Shown: piece by piece, positions 53,101-62,663 of the stretch
How the letters are laid out: the number at the start of each line of letters is the position of its first letter
How positions within the stretch are numbered: position 1 is the stretch's first letter
Source of the DNA: Dehalococcoidia bacterium
GTDB lineage: Bacteria; Chloroflexota; Dehalococcoidia; Bin125
Length of the DNA stretch: 64,000 bases
NCBI GenBank assembly: GCA_963555985.3
Contig: OY820591.1
Location: forward strand, 992,001-1,056,000
Direction of reading: 5' to 3'
Notes under the pieces: generated by a model
Told to the model about the DNA's origin: nothing
Seen by the model: only the letters and a program-made list of their open reading frames with translations
The model's database searches: none
Made by a program: the position numbers and the translations under genes

Positions 53101-53251
53101 GTGAACCCGCAATCAGAACGCCGTGATCCAACAGCCAGCCCGAAACGCGCTCACGGGTCGCCGGCGCGGCTTGCGCTTGACGACGAGCAGTTGCCGCCCG
53201 CGTCGCGCCCGCCTGCGTACGCGCAGAAGACCGTGTGCTGCGTTTGGCCAT
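50165..53251 (-). CDS. ftsK: DNA translocase FtsK/SpoIIIE
   Basis: N-terminal TM segments, long linker, PHVLIAGATGSGKS, DELAD, ATQRPS, C-terminal gamma domain LQRRMRIG..RA. Confidence 0.95.
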   Translation of the reverse strand: MAKRSTRSSARTQAGATRAATARRQAQAAPATRERVSGWLLDHGVLIAGSLLASVGLGLAFWTSSGSMPLADARGTILGVFGWGVYLLAVLVIWVGTLLMRSGVGWSWGGPTELRLVGGVALIGVGVWGIVGAIEPVVTVGGVRLSSYGAGGQIGAMLDSTFGWVLICAGMFGAISLLAPGLLRDGWYELREAGRIAGGDLRSQGPGAVAASGRATWHGVSVVAGLLESSTSRGAQGLSQTVGRLTVGRWGGEMNVNGAGGPLAAGPRTIGGARVTHAATVGHSASVEPLGGGEERFSRSTALAQPAPLQSELRAGFGGNAVRGQAQPSPAPARGVRPWVATAPQSVRPAQGLAPDSVLAHASASSARAVAPPAEERAESYPTVPVSKPSASLPIEVSPEPDSRRDERRESVNGDGAVSLDAEGEAAEQQAGLWSDGADSPLSPDQVGGGLLRDISPRSVEGERRALDQDAPKRTAGDGWRLPPIDLLDPDPAAMLRSGATEQARIIVETLASFGVDASVTQINEGPTITQFGVEPGWEIKTRQVAVKDREGRAVRGEDGQALVREEEVSRTRVRVNRITRLADDLALALAAPSIRIEAPVPGQPIVGVEVPNADTRIVALRGLVESPEFAATVDRGGLPIALGRDVTGGPVIADLTKMPHVLIAGATGSGKSVCINTIISSLLMNKSPEEVRLILVDPKRVELTGYGSVPHLAFSHVVTESDEVVSVLGVVVAEMDRRYRTLERCGARNIGAYNKLSGTQRQMPYWVVVLDELADMMMAAPVDVERQLVRLAQLARAVGIHLVVATQRPSVDVVTGLIKANFPTRIAFATTSQTDARVIMDRGGAEKLMGRGDMLYMSSDTIKPRRVQGSYVSDEEIERLIGWWASPAQAEAERQSLDEMLEGLNASTPEAATTIAQRNAQTDLDALQQTLESALPEDEDGADEEEEEPDIVLGIEAESDETAPADTRLAEAVQLAREYERVSATLLQRRMRIGRPRAERLIEELERMGVVAESDGGQSRRVLAGRS
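51856..51940. repeat. REP-like palindrome inserted in frame in the ftsK linker
   Basis: CACTGCGGGGGGAGATGTCCCGAAGG-AGCCCGCCCCCGACTTGATCGGG-GGACAGAGGGGAGTCCGC matches the intergenic family. Confidence 0.88.
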
Positions 53252-53328
53252 GCCCGCTCCCGGACCTCACGGTCCGAAGAGCCGCCCCGCTAGGCCCAAT
53301 CTCGCCGTCGCTGCCCGACGGCGGATGC

Positions 53329-54996
53329 TCAGACCTGTACCGCCACTGGTACCACCATAGGGCGCTGGCGAGTCTGTCGGTACAGATATGAGGAAACTTG
53401 TCGCCGCACCTGCTGTTCCAACTGCGTCCACTGCACCGGATGCGCTTCCCGCGATAGCGCTTCTCGCACGGTCTGCGCCGCTCCGTCGCGCAATTCCGGC
53501 GAAGCGTCAAGCTCAGCGAAGCCGCGCCCCACGACTTCGATCTCCCCCGCCAATGTCCCTCGCTGATGATCGATCGGCACCGCAACCAGCACGATCCCGT
53601 CCCCCGCCAGACGTTGGCGATCACGGATGATCGTCTGATCCACCCCGCCCACGTTGAGGCCGTCGACATACACATAATCCGCCGACACTTGGTCGACGAT
53701 CATCGATTGCTTCGACGTCACTTCGAGTACGTCGCCGTCAAGCAGCACGTGACAGGATTCTTCGGGCACGCCCATCGCCATCGCCAACTGCGCGTGACTC
53801 GCTAAGTGTCGGTACTCGCCGTGGATCGGTACAAACGCCCGCGGACTCGTCAGCCCGATCACGGTCTTCAGTTCCTCCTGCGCGGCGTGCCCTCGAACAT
53901 GCACGTATTCGTGACCGCTCCCCACGGACATCACATCCACCCCGCAACGGAAGAGATTGTTGATCGTCTCGTTCACCGCCGCTTCGTTGCCGGGGATCGG
54001 ACTCGACGACAGGATCACCGTGTCGCCCGGCCGCAGCGTCACCTCACGGTGATCGCCTGTCGCCATCCGCGAGAGCGCCGACATCGGCTCGCCCTGGGCG
54101 CCCGTGCAGATGATCACCGTGTTCTCATCCCTCGCCGACCCCAAGTCGCTGATCGGACGTACGCGGCGTTCGTCCGCCCTGACGTATCCCAACCGCCGCG
54201 CCATCTCTAGGTTCTTTTCCATCGATCGGCCGGTCGGAAACACCACCCGATCCGCCTCTTCCGCCCCACTGATGATCTGCTGCACACGCGCGATCTGCGA
54301 TGCGAAAGTTGCAATGATCACTCGCCCCGGCGCAGTCAACAAAATCTGCTCCAGCGCGTCCCCTACCAATGTCTCCGAGTACGTGTGGCCGGGTTTGTCT
54401 GCGTAAGTAGAATCGCTCAACAGCAGCCGCACCCCCTCCTCGCCGTACCCTGCCAACGCTCTGAGATCGGTCGGTGCGCTCATCACCGGCGTGTGATCGA
54501 TCTTAAAATCGCCCGTATGCACCACCAGCCCGGCCGGTGTCCGCAACGCGATCCCGAATGCATCGGGAATCGAATGCGCAACCGGAAAAAACTCCGCGCT
54601 CAGGCTGCCGAACTCGAACTGCGAACCGGCCCCTGCCTGCACCGTCTGCACATCAAGCACGCCCGCCTCTTCCAGCCGCACGCCAATCAGCCCCAGCGCG
54701 AGTGGCGCGGCGTAAATCGGAGCAGGCAGGCGCGGCAGCAGGAATCGCAGCGCCCCAATGTGATCCTCATGCCCATGCGTGATCAGGTACCCACGCAGCT
54801 TCTCCCGCCGCTCCTCCACATAACGCGCGTCCGGGATGATGTAGTCCACCCCGTGCATCTCTTCGGAAGGAAACAATAGGCCCGCATCGACGATCACGAG
54901 ATCGTCGGCTGTCTCGAAGACCATCATGTTGCGACCGATGTTCCCCAACCCGCCCAAAGGGACGACGCGCAGCGCGCCGTGTGGAACCTCAGTCAC
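53329..54996 (-). CDS. rnj: Ribonuclease J
   Basis: PLGGLGNIGRNM, THGHEDHIG, HSIPD, TGDFKID, GAQGEP, PIHGEYRH. Confidence 0.95.
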   Translation of the reverse strand: MTEVPHGALRVVPLGGLGNIGRNMMVFETADDLVIVDAGLLFPSEEMHGVDYIIPDARYVEERREKLRGYLITHGHEDHIGALRFLLPRLPAPIYAAPLALGLIGVRLEEAGVLDVQTVQAGAGSQFEFGSLSAEFFPVAHSIPDAFGIALRTPAGLVVHTGDFKIDHTPVMSAPTDLRALAGYGEEGVRLLLSDSTYADKPGHTYSETLVGDALEQILLTAPGRVIIATFASQIARVQQIISGAEEADRVVFPTGRSMEKNLEMARRLGYVRADERRVRPISDLGSARDENTVIICTGAQGEPMSALSRMATGDHREVTLRPGDTVILSSSPIPGNEAAVNETINNLFRCGVDVMSVGSGHEYVHVRGHAAQEELKTVIGLTSPRAFVPIHGEYRHLASHAQLAMAMGVPEESCHVLLDGDVLEVTSKQSMIVDQVSADYVYVDGLNVGGVDQTIIRDRQRLAGDGIVLVAVPIDHQRGTLAGEIEVVGRGFAELDASPELRDGAAQTVREALSREAHPVQWTQLEQQVRRQVSSYLYRQTRQRPMVVPVAVQV

Positions 54997-55047
54997 AAGT
55001 CGCTCCTTCGTCGATCTGCGCGGACGCGCCAGATGATATGTCCACAG

Positions 55048-55713
55048 TCACAACAGCGAGAGCTGCGTGCCCTGTTCGTCATCGTCGCCGTCCTCAGCCC
55101 TGCCCTCTCCTCTGAACAGCGTGTGCTGGTGCGGGTGCGACGGCCCCGCGGGCGGACGCTCCGCCGCCGCGAGCAAGCCCGGGATCTGTGCGAAGTCTGC
55201 CCGTATCGTGTCCAACAGCGAGCGCTGGCGAAGCGCAGCCGCAGGGTGATAGACCGGGAAAATCAGCTGCTGTCCCGCCCACACCGCCTGCCCCCGTGAA
55301 CGCCCCATCGTTGCGCCGGGAAGAAAATACTGAGTTGCAAACCGACCCAACGGCACGATCAGCTTCGGCCGAATCCCCTCGATCTGTTCCCGCAGATAGA
55401 CCTCGCACGACGCGATCTCGTCGACCATCGGGTCGCGGTTATTCGGCGGTCGGCACTTGACTACGTTGGCCACGAACACCTCAGGCCGCGATAGCCCGAT
55501 CCCCGCCAACAGCTCGTCAAGCAGCTTCCCCGCCGGACCGACGAATGGACGCCCCTGGCGGTCCTCGTGAAACCCGGGACCTTCCCCGATGAACATCAGC
55601 TCCGCGTTCGGATCGCCATCGCCCGGCACCGTCTGCGTTCGACCCTGGGCTAGGCGGCAGGCCGTACAGCCTGCGATCCGCGCGTTCAGCAGTTCCAGTA
55701 CTTCGAAGTCCAT
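55048..55713 (-). CDS. Uracil-DNA glycosylase, family 4 (Fe-S)
   Basis: CTACRL, GEGPG..ED..GRPFVG.AG, KCRPP.NR.P, YHPAA. Confidence 0.93.
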   Translation of the reverse strand: MDFEVLELLNARIAGCTACRLAQGRTQTVPGDGDPNAELMFIGEGPGFHEDRQGRPFVGPAGKLLDELLAGIGLSRPEVFVANVVKCRPPNNRDPMVDEIASCEVYLREQIEGIRPKLIVPLGRFATQYFLPGATMGRSRGQAVWAGQQLIFPVYHPAAALRQRSLLDTIRADFAQIPGLLAAAERPPAGPSHPHQHTLFRGEGRAEDGDDDEQGTQLSLL

Positions 55714-55734
55714 GAGCCAGCTTCCGCTCTCACT

Positions 55735-56613
55735 CTACGACGCGCCGCTCGACGCTCGGGAAGCGTCTGCTTCCTCGTCCTCATCATCATCGAGATCGCT
55801 CTCGATCACTGGGATCAACGTCCGTTTCTCCACCAGCCGCACCAGAATGATCCCAAGCGCGTAGAGACCCAGCGTCGGAACCGCCACAAACGTCTGCGTC
55901 ACCGGGTCGATCGACGGAGTGATCAATGCCGCCAGCAGGAACGATCCAATGATCGCCCAACGCCAGAACCCCATCAGGCGCCGCGAATTCACCAGCCCGA
56001 GCGCCCCGAGACCCATCAGGAACAGCGGCAACTCGAAGACAATCCCCGTCCAGAACACGAATCGAGTCAGCATGTCGATATAGTTGTTGATCCGCACCTG
56101 TGGCTCCGCAAGCTCCTGACCGAAGTTGAGCAGAAAGCCGAGCGCAGGCGGCCAACCGATGAAAAACGCGAACGCCCCGCCGCAAGCGAACGCGACCGTC
56201 GCCAGTGCCACGACCGGCAGAATCCACTTTTGCTCTTCGCGCGTGAGCCCAGGGTGGATAAATGCGTAAATCTGATAGACGATCACCGGCATCGCCCCGG
56301 CCACGCCGAGCATCAACGAGATCTTGATGTACGCCCCTACGAACCCAAGCAGCTCGGTGTAGATCGGGCGAAACTCAGGGAACGCCTCCCGCCCCGGCTC
56401 GAGCAGGTAGTCCAGGATCGTCGAAGCGAAGACCAACGTCACCACAGTCGTCAGCACGACCGTCAGCACGCTGATCGTCAGTCGCTGACGAATCTCGTTG
56501 AGGTGTTCGCCGAGCGTCAGTTCCGCGCCCTCGGGACCTGTCGGCGGTTCCTCCTCCAGCGCTGGAGGCAGTGGCGGCTCGTCCGGCGGTTGTGCAATCG
56601 GTTGGCTGACCAT
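55735..56613 (-). CDS. tatC: Twin-arginine translocase subunit TatC
   Basis: HLNEIRQRL, YQIYAFIHPGL, FELP, ITPSIDP. Confidence 0.93.
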   Translation of the reverse strand: MVSQPIAQPPDEPPLPPALEEEPPTGPEGAELTLGEHLNEIRQRLTISVLTVVLTTVVTLVFASTILDYLLEPGREAFPEFRPIYTELLGFVGAYIKISLMLGVAGAMPVIVYQIYAFIHPGLTREEQKWILPVVALATVAFACGGAFAFFIGWPPALGFLLNFGQELAEPQVRINNYIDMLTRFVFWTGIVFELPLFLMGLGALGLVNSRRLMGFWRWAIIGSFLLAALITPSIDPVTQTFVAVPTLGLYALGIILVRLVEKRTLIPVIESDLDDDEDEEADASRASSGAS

Positions 56614-56631
56614 CGCCTGCGATCCGCCCGC

Positions 56632-57219
56632 TTACTCGGCCCGTCGGCGTCGGTTCAGCGAAATCACATTAGACGGTCGTGCAGGCGCCGCTTCCACGTC
56701 CGTCTCTCGCTCCTCCCGCGCCGTTCCCGCCGCCGCCCGTCGCGGCCTCACCACCGGCCGCCGTCGCGTTCGCCGAACTCGGCGAGTCTCACTACCTTCG
56801 GCCGCCGCCATTCTCGCCTCCCCGCTGCCGCTCGCACTCTGTCCCGCGCCGTTCGCGCTGACCGATGCCTCGGCCGTCTGACGAGGCGGCAGTTCATCCT
56901 TGGCCGCCTCAATTGCCTCTTCCGTCATTGTCTCGGCATCCCGCACCGCCGACCGCACATCCGCCTCAGCCGCCGCCAGGTCGGCGCGAATATCCGCGTC
57001 GATCTGCTCCAACTCGAAGCGCTGCTCGATGAACTCCTCGCGCACTTCCTCGAAATCGGTCAGGTACTCGTCGCGAAAATCACGCGCATACTCGCGCAAT
57101 TCGCGGATCGCGCGCCCGAACTGGCCCGCAATCTCGGGCAGCTTGCCCGGCCCGAAGATCACGGCTGCCAGAAGCAACACCACCAGAATTTCCGGGATGC
57201 CGACGCCGAAGATGTTCAT
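56632..57219 (-). CDS. Twin-arginine translocase TatA/TatB family subunit
   Basis: FGVGIPEILVV...IFGP.KLPE; immediately upstream of tatC. Confidence 0.88.
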   Translation of the reverse strand: MNIFGVGIPEILVVLLLAAVIFGPGKLPEIAGQFGRAIRELREYARDFRDEYLTDFEEVREEFIEQRFELEQIDADIRADLAAAEADVRSAVRDAETMTEEAIEAAKDELPPRQTAEASVSANGAGQSASGSGEARMAAAEGSETRRVRRTRRRPVVRPRRAAAGTAREERETDVEAAPARPSNVISLNRRRRAE

Positions 57220-57262
57220 CCGCGCCAGCGTACCCGATCAGCCGCCCAATGCGACTCGACCG

Positions 57263-57520
57263 TTATCCCTCGCCCACGCCTTTGCTCTTGAGGAAATCGA
57301 TCGCATCCTGCACCGTCGCAATTCCCTCAGCGTCCTCGTCCGAGATCTCCAAATCCGGCACTTCGTCGCGGAATTCGTCTTCGAACGACATAATCAGCTC
57401 GACCAGATCCAGCGAGTCGGCGCCGAGATCGTCGACAAACGACGCCTCGGGGATCACGTCATCGGGTTCGGCCGACAACTGATCGACGATGATCTCTTTG
57501 ATGCGGTCAAACAGTGCCAC
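57263..57520 (-). CDS. acpP: Acyl carrier protein
   Basis: [14 protein letters not shown]. Confidence 0.96.
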   Translation of the reverse strand: MALFDRIKEIIVDQLSAEPDDVIPEASFVDDLGADSLDLVELIMSFEDEFRDEVPDLEISDEDAEGIATVQDAIDFLKSKGVGEG

Positions 57521-57570
57521 GCAAATCGCCTCCGCTGTTGGTTGTCGTCCTGGGTTGTGTTTGAATCGCT

Positions 57571-58104
57571 TCAGCCAAGCTGGTCGTCGCGACTCGTCTC
57601 TCCCTCGCTCGCGGCTGGCGCGTCCGCCGTAGGCTGAGATGCCGACGGCGCATCGGCCACGAGACGCGTGCGGCTGATCGTGCCCAGCACGCCGCTCACC
57701 AAACGGCGGCTGCCGTCGCCCCCGAAGCGTTTCGCCAATTCCACCGCCTGCCGCACGGCGGTGTTCGGGCGCACACGGCCATTATTGAAGAGCATCTCCC
57801 ACAGCGCAATCCGCAGCACCGTCAAATCGACCAGCGCCATCTGATCCAGCGGACGCCGAGCCGCAGTCGCGCGGATCAGTCCGTCCAGTTCCGCCCGGCG
57901 CGATTCGACTCCGGCGACCAGCTCACGCGCCCGCGCTCCCGCCTCATCCGCAAGCGGCGTGACCGCTTCAGACCGTTGAAGCGCGGCCTCCGCTTCGCAA
58001 TATCCAAACTCTGCCTCAAACAGCGCACAGAACGCCCGCACTCGTGGATCGTGCGTAGCGTCGGGCCGGATCGCCGCTCTGCGCTTCGTGCCGTTACCCG
58101 CCAA
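57571..58104 (-). CDS. nusB: Transcription antitermination factor NusB (divergent)
   Basis: [27 protein letters not shown]...V.GVLG. Confidence 0.8.
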   Translation of the reverse strand: MAGNGTKRRAAIRPDATHDPRVRAFCALFEAEFGYCEAEAALQRSEAVTPLADEAGARARELVAGVESRRAELDGLIRATAARRPLDQMALVDLTVLRIALWEMLFNNGRVRPNTAVRQAVELAKRFGGDGSRRLVSGVLGTISRTRLVADAPSASQPTADAPAASEGETSRDDQLG

Positions 58105-59017
58105 GACTCTGCAAATCGTTGATGTTGACCAGCGTGGGCCGCTCGCGCCGTAACGTCGTCCGCGTCAGACCGGTCAGCACCGTGCCGGGCCCCATCTCCA
58201 CCCATGTATCCACACCCAGTTCATGCATCCGCAGCACCGTATCCCGCCAGCGCACCGGCCGCCGAATCTGCGCAGTCAAATCCGCCCGTACTTCCTCCGC
58301 CGTGCTCAGCGCCGTCGCTTCGACATTGCCGATCACCGTGACCTGCGGATCGGCGATCTCTGCTTCAGCCAGCACTGGAGCCATCGCTTCCGCAGCCGGT
58401 GTCATCAAAGACGTATGAAACGCCCCGCCGACGCGCAACCGCACCACTCGCCGCGCGCCCCGCTCCTCCGCCAGCGTCGCCGCGCGTTCCACCGCATCCG
58501 GATTGCCGCCGATCACGATCTGGCCCGTCGCATTGAGATTGCAGACCTCAGCGCCCGCTTCCGTACATACCGCTTCAACCTCGTCCTCTTCCATCCCCAG
58601 CACCGCCGCGAGCGTGCCCGGATTCTGCTCCCCGGCCGCCTGCATCAGTTCGCCCCGGCGTGCGACCAGCCGCACCGCCTCAGAGACTGTCAGCGAGCCC
58701 GCCGCAACCAGCGCCGTGTACTCGCCCATGCTGTGCCCGGCCGTAGCCAGTGGCGGCGCTGTCACCGCCTCATGTCCGCTCGCCTGCGCCGCCCGCCACG
58801 CCGCAAGACTCGCAACCAGAATGCCCGGCTGCGTGTTCACCGTCTGGCGCAGCTCCTCCTCGGGGCCCTCAAACACGATCCGCGACAAGGAGCGCCCCAG
58901 CGCCGCGTCGGCTTCATCGAACACGGCCGCCGCTTCGGGGAAAGCGTCGTACAAGTCGCGCGCCATCCCCACCTGCTGTGCGCCCTGACCGGGAAACAAC
59001 CAGGCGATGCCGGCCAT
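58094..59017 (-). CDS. fabD: Malonyl-CoA:ACP transacylase
   Basis: FPGQGAQ, GHSMGE, AFHT. Confidence 0.95.
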   Translation of the reverse strand: MAGIAWLFPGQGAQQVGMARDLYDAFPEAAAVFDEADAALGRSLSRIVFEGPEEELRQTVNTQPGILVASLAAWRAAQASGHEAVTAPPLATAGHSMGEYTALVAAGSLTVSEAVRLVARRGELMQAAGEQNPGTLAAVLGMEEDEVEAVCTEAGAEVCNLNATGQIVIGGNPDAVERAATLAEERGARRVVRLRVGGAFHTSLMTPAAEAMAPVLAEAEIADPQVTVIGNVEATALSTAEEVRADLTAQIRRPVRWRDTVLRMHELGVDTWVEMGPGTVLTGLTRTTLRRERPTLVNINDLQSLGG

Positions 59018-59020
59018 CGG

Positions 59021-59203
59021 CTACTCCTCAACCTCGACCACAGTCCGGCCGCGGTACGTGCCGCAAGACCAGCAGATGTGATGCGCCTGATGGGTCTCGT
59101 TGCATTCCGGACAGGTCACCAACTTGGGTCGGCGCACCCGGTGATGCTGCCGGCGCAGACGTTGGCGTGTCTTCGCATACTTGCGCTTCGGAAGCGGGGG
59201 CAT
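59021..59203 (-). CDS. rpmF: 50S ribosomal protein L32
   Basis: PLPKRK..K.R...RR, CPEC...HHIC.SCG.Y.GR. Confidence 0.93.
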   Translation of the reverse strand: MPPLPKRKYAKTRQRLRRQHHRVRRPKLVTCPECNETHQAHHICWSCGTYRGRTVVEVEE

Positions 59204-59302
59204 CGTTCTACCTCTCTCCCGCGCCGCGCCGCCGGTGCAACGGCGCTGCGCTCCGTCTGTTCAGTGTCGTCGGGAACTCTCGCCCACGGTACTCGTTCGA
59301 CG

Positions 59303-59851
59303 CTATTCGCCCAGTTCCCTACGCAACGCCGCCAGCGCCGCCCAGCGCGCGTCGGGCAGGGGATCGCTGGCCGATTCGTCCGCGCCCATGCCGGGACAGG
59401 TCGGGCCGCAACGCGGACTCATGGGACGCGCCATCTCAACATATTGTCGCACAGCCTCTGTCAAGTCGATCTGGCCGTCGGCGACGGCAAACCCTTCCCG
59501 CTCCGGCGGCGGCTCCAGTCTCATTCCGCTTACCGGATCGGACGGCGGCCAAAACTCTTCGTCGAACGCGATCCGCAACGCCGCTGGCGTCTCTTCGAGG
59601 CAACCCCCGCAAATTTCCGGCACGATCGTCGAAATCCGCGCCGTAGCCAAGATCGAGTGATCGGTGCGCAACAGGCGCAGGTCGCCGTTCAGCGGCGAAT
59701 CCGCTCCCAGCGGTGCGCAAGTCGCATCGTCCAGTGCGTAGTGGCGCACCGAACCAATCGACTCTTGCAGAAGCGTCGACACGTTGATCAACAAGGAATT
59801 CGTGCGTCGCGCCGCCTGCGATCGGGCAGAACTCACACTGTCCTTCATCAC
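59303..59851 (-). CDS. DUF177/YceD family protein
   Basis: CGGCL, IDLTEAVRQ...PM.P.C...C.G, D.RWAAL; upstream of rpmF. Confidence 0.88.
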   Translation of the reverse strand: MMKDSVSSARSQAARRTNSLLINVSTLLQESIGSVRHYALDDATCAPLGADSPLNGDLRLLRTDHSILATARISTIVPEICGGCLEETPAALRIAFDEEFWPPSDPVSGMRLEPPPEREGFAVADGQIDLTEAVRQYVEMARPMSPRCGPTCPGMGADESASDPLPDARWAALAALRRELGE

Positions 59852-60007
59852 CTCAGCCTATCAGCGCAGCGCTATGTGCAGCGCCGCTTCCGGCTCGCAA
59901 AGGCCGCCCCGGATCGTCAAACTGAACTTGGGTCCGTTGGCGCTCACGGAACGCAGACATACACTCAGAACAGCACCGCCACCCGCCCAACGAAATCGAG
60001 CGTCGAT

Positions 60008-60703
60008 ATGGATCTTGAGGGGATGCAGCAGCTTCAGGAAATCGACATCCGCCGCGACGAGGCGCTCCGTGAGCATCGCTCGATCGATGACCAGATCATG
60101 CCGGCCCCCTTCATCGAGACGCTGGAAACAGAGCTCGGGGAACAGGAAGCGCTCCACGCTCGCGCGAGCGACGCCTTGCGCGAAGCTCGAGCTCACAGTC
60201 AAACCGCCCAGCGCCGGATCGAAGCGACCGACCAACGCATCTACAGCGGCTCCGTCACCGACCACCGCACCCTCTCCCAACTCCAGGCCGATCTCTACGC
60301 CCAGCGCCAGCAGTTGCCAACTCTTGAAGATGCAGCGCTCAATGCAGAGATCACCGTCCAGGACAACGCCGAAGCCATCGTCTGGCTGCGCCAGTTGCGT
60401 CAACGCGCTCTCGATCACTGGGAAGAGCGCCAGCGCGAGCTGCGCTCCCAACGCGGCGAAATCCAGGACCGCCTGGACGAGCTCCAGGCCGAGGTCGACC
60501 AGCATCGCGCCCGCCTCAGCGCTGGTGACCTCCAGACCTACGATCTCTACCGTCGCCGCCGGCCGCGCGTCGTCGCCTCCGTTATCGGCGGCGTCTGCTC
60601 AGAGTGTCGCCTCTCGCTGCCGACCATGGTGATCACCCGCGCTCGGCGCGGCAACCGGCCAATCGAATGTCCCGCCTGCCACTGTTTAGTGCGGGTCGCC
60701 TGA
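60008..60703 (+). CDS. Coiled-coil protein with C-terminal C4 zinc ribbon (DUF164/zf-RING_7-like)
   Basis: LQEID start, long heptad coiled coil, CSEC...CPAC. Confidence 0.85.
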   Translation: MDLEGMQQLQEIDIRRDEALREHRSIDDQIMPAPFIETLETELGEQEALHARASDALREARAHSQTAQRRIEATDQRIYSGSVTDHRTLSQLQADLYAQRQQLPTLEDAALNAEITVQDNAEAIVWLRQLRQRALDHWEERQRELRSQRGEIQDRLDELQAEVDQHRARLSAGDLQTYDLYRRRRPRVVASVIGGVCSECRLSLPTMVITRARRGNRPIECPACHCLVRVA

Positions 60704-60716
60704 CGCGGAGGCAAGC

Positions 60717-62204
60717 ATGCGGGCGATCGGCTATCTCAGCCAACTCGCTGGACCCGATCACCCGCACAGCCCCAATCTCGCTGAACAGAACGCTCGATTC
60801 CTCGATTTCTGTACCCAACGGGGATACCAGCCCACTGCCACTTTCCTCGATACTCGCGCCGAATCCACTCAGCAGAATCAGGGCGCTGGCGGAGACACGC
60901 CCTGCAACGGCCTCGAGCAGTTGCTCCGTCATCTCAGCGAACTCGATCCGGGCTTCACCATCGTCGTCGTGCAGAGCTTCGCCCATCTCGCGCCCGACGC
61001 GACCCAGGCCGTCCGCGCCGTCCTCCAACTCCGCGCTCGTGGCGCTCAAGTCATCTCGCTGGACGACGGCGCGCTCGATGAAACCGAACTCCCGCAACTC
61101 TGGCGCAACGCGCTCAGCAGCGGTCCCCAGAGTCAACGCGGACAGGAGCGCCGACAGCGAATGCGCGACCGCGCCGAACGCGGAGAAGCGGTCGGACGCA
61201 CCCCCTACGGCTACGAGGTCGGACCCGATGGCCGCTACCGAATCAACGACCACGAGGCTGATGTGGTCCGCCTGATCTTCCGCCTCTACCTCCAGGACGA
61301 TCTCGGAATCCGGCGTATTGCCCAACGCCTCAATCGCGCCGGCTACCAGACCCGGCGCGGGCGCCACTGGAGCATGATCAGCATCCGCGATCTACTGCTC
61401 AACCCCGTCTACATCGGTCAATACGAGAAGCTCGGCTTCAGCGTCGCCGATAATCATCCCGCAATCATCACCCGCAAGGATTTCGGCGCGGTTGCCCAAC
61501 GCATGGAGCAGCGCCGCACCGCGCCGGGCGAGGGTCAGCGCGGACAGTTCCTGCTTGCCGGTCTGGTCTGGTGCGGCGAGAGCGGCGCGCGCATGATCGG
61601 CGTCACCCGCAGACAACGCTGGCGCAAGGCGGACGGAGAGACAGCCGCAGCCGTCTACCGCTACTACCAGAGCGAAGATCGCACCAATCGCTCCGTCGGT
61701 GAGTATCACACTCGACGCGCGGACGAACTCGAAGCCGAAGTCCTGGAGCATCTCCGCAGCGGCGTCAACGGCAGCGCCCCTGCCCCCGCGATCCTCTCGC
61801 TCAACGCCGATCCCGCCGCGGCGGACACGCTCGCCGCCGAAACAGCGGCGGCAGTGACCCGCGCCGAGTCCCGCCGCCGCAGTCTCGACCGCCGGCTCGC
61901 CCAACTCCTGGAGTCCGCCTCTGCTGAGCCGGAGCAACAAGACCACGCCCAGCTGCTCCGAGACGATGCCGCCGCAATCGTCCGCGAGTGGGAAGCCGCC
62001 CACGAAGACCTCACTCGCCTCCGTCGCCGCGTCGCCGCGCAGCAGCTCGAAGCCGAACGCCAACGCCAGCACCAACGCCGCCTGCAACGCCTGCGCGAGC
62101 AGTGGGACGAACTCGACTTCGACCAGCAGCGCGACCTACTCGGCCAACTCGTAGACCAGATCATCGTCTTCGACCACCGCATCCAAACCGTCCTCCGCGC
62201 CTGA
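60717..62204 (+). CDS. Large serine recombinase-like protein with degenerate catalytic and zinc-ribbon motifs
   Basis: Recombinase domain PYGY..IFRLY..GIRRIA.RLN.G..TRRG..W...IR..L.NPVYIG..HPAII, then LLAGLVWC and a coiled coil. N-terminal YxRxS and DRLxR motifs are absent. Confidence 0.85.
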   Translation: MRAIGYLSQLAGPDHPHSPNLAEQNARFLDFCTQRGYQPTATFLDTRAESTQQNQGAGGDTPCNGLEQLLRHLSELDPGFTIVVVQSFAHLAPDATQAVRAVLQLRARGAQVISLDDGALDETELPQLWRNALSSGPQSQRGQERRQRMRDRAERGEAVGRTPYGYEVGPDGRYRINDHEADVVRLIFRLYLQDDLGIRRIAQRLNRAGYQTRRGRHWSMISIRDLLLNPVYIGQYEKLGFSVADNHPAIITRKDFGAVAQRMEQRRTAPGEGQRGQFLLAGLVWCGESGARMIGVTRRQRWRKADGETAAAVYRYYQSEDRTNRSVGEYHTRRADELEAEVLEHLRSGVNGSAPAPAILSLNADPAAADTLAAETAAAVTRAESRRRSLDRRLAQLLESASAEPEQQDHAQLLRDDAAAIVREWEAAHEDLTRLRRRVAAQQLEAERQRQHQRRLQRLREQWDELDFDQQRDLLGQLVDQIIVFDHRIQTVLRA

Positions 62205-62240
62205 GCCAACGCATCGCACACCGCCGACTACCCTGCCCCT

Positions 62241-62639
62241 ATGCGACTCATCGCCTACGCCGACGGCGCCTCACGAGGCAATCCCGGTCCCGCTGCCTAC
62301 GGCGCCGTCCTGTGCGACCAGAACGAGCGCGAACTGGACGCCTGGGGCAACGCGATCGGACAGGCCACCAACAACATCGCCGAATACCACGGCGCGCTGG
62401 CCGCCGTCGAAGCCGCCCTCGAACGCGGCGCGACCGAACTGGAGCTCCGCCTCGACTCCGAACTGATCGTCCGCCAGCTCGAGGGCCGCTACCGCGTCCG
62501 CAACCAAGCTCTCAAGCCGCTCTATGAACAGCTCTCCAATCTGATCGAGCAACTGGAGACCTTCCGCCCCGTCCACGTCCGCCGCGAGTTCAACCGCCGC
62601 GCCGACGCCCTCGCCAATGAAGCCCTCGATCGATCCTGA
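62241..62639 (+). CDS. rnhA: Ribonuclease HI
   Basis: DGASRGNPG, TNNIAEY, DSEL, HVRRE.N.RAD.LAN. Confidence 0.92.
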   Translation: MRLIAYADGASRGNPGPAAYGAVLCDQNERELDAWGNAIGQATNNIAEYHGALAAVEAALERGATELELRLDSELIVRQLEGRYRVRNQALKPLYEQLSNLIEQLETFRPVHVRREFNRRADALANEALDRS

Positions 62640-62663
62640 GCCTGCCCCGTTACAGTGAATTGC

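Noticed and set aside
60704-62240. Prophage or integrative element around the recombinase
   Set aside because: There are no cargo genes, no flanking direct repeats, very short intergenic gaps and host-like codon usage.
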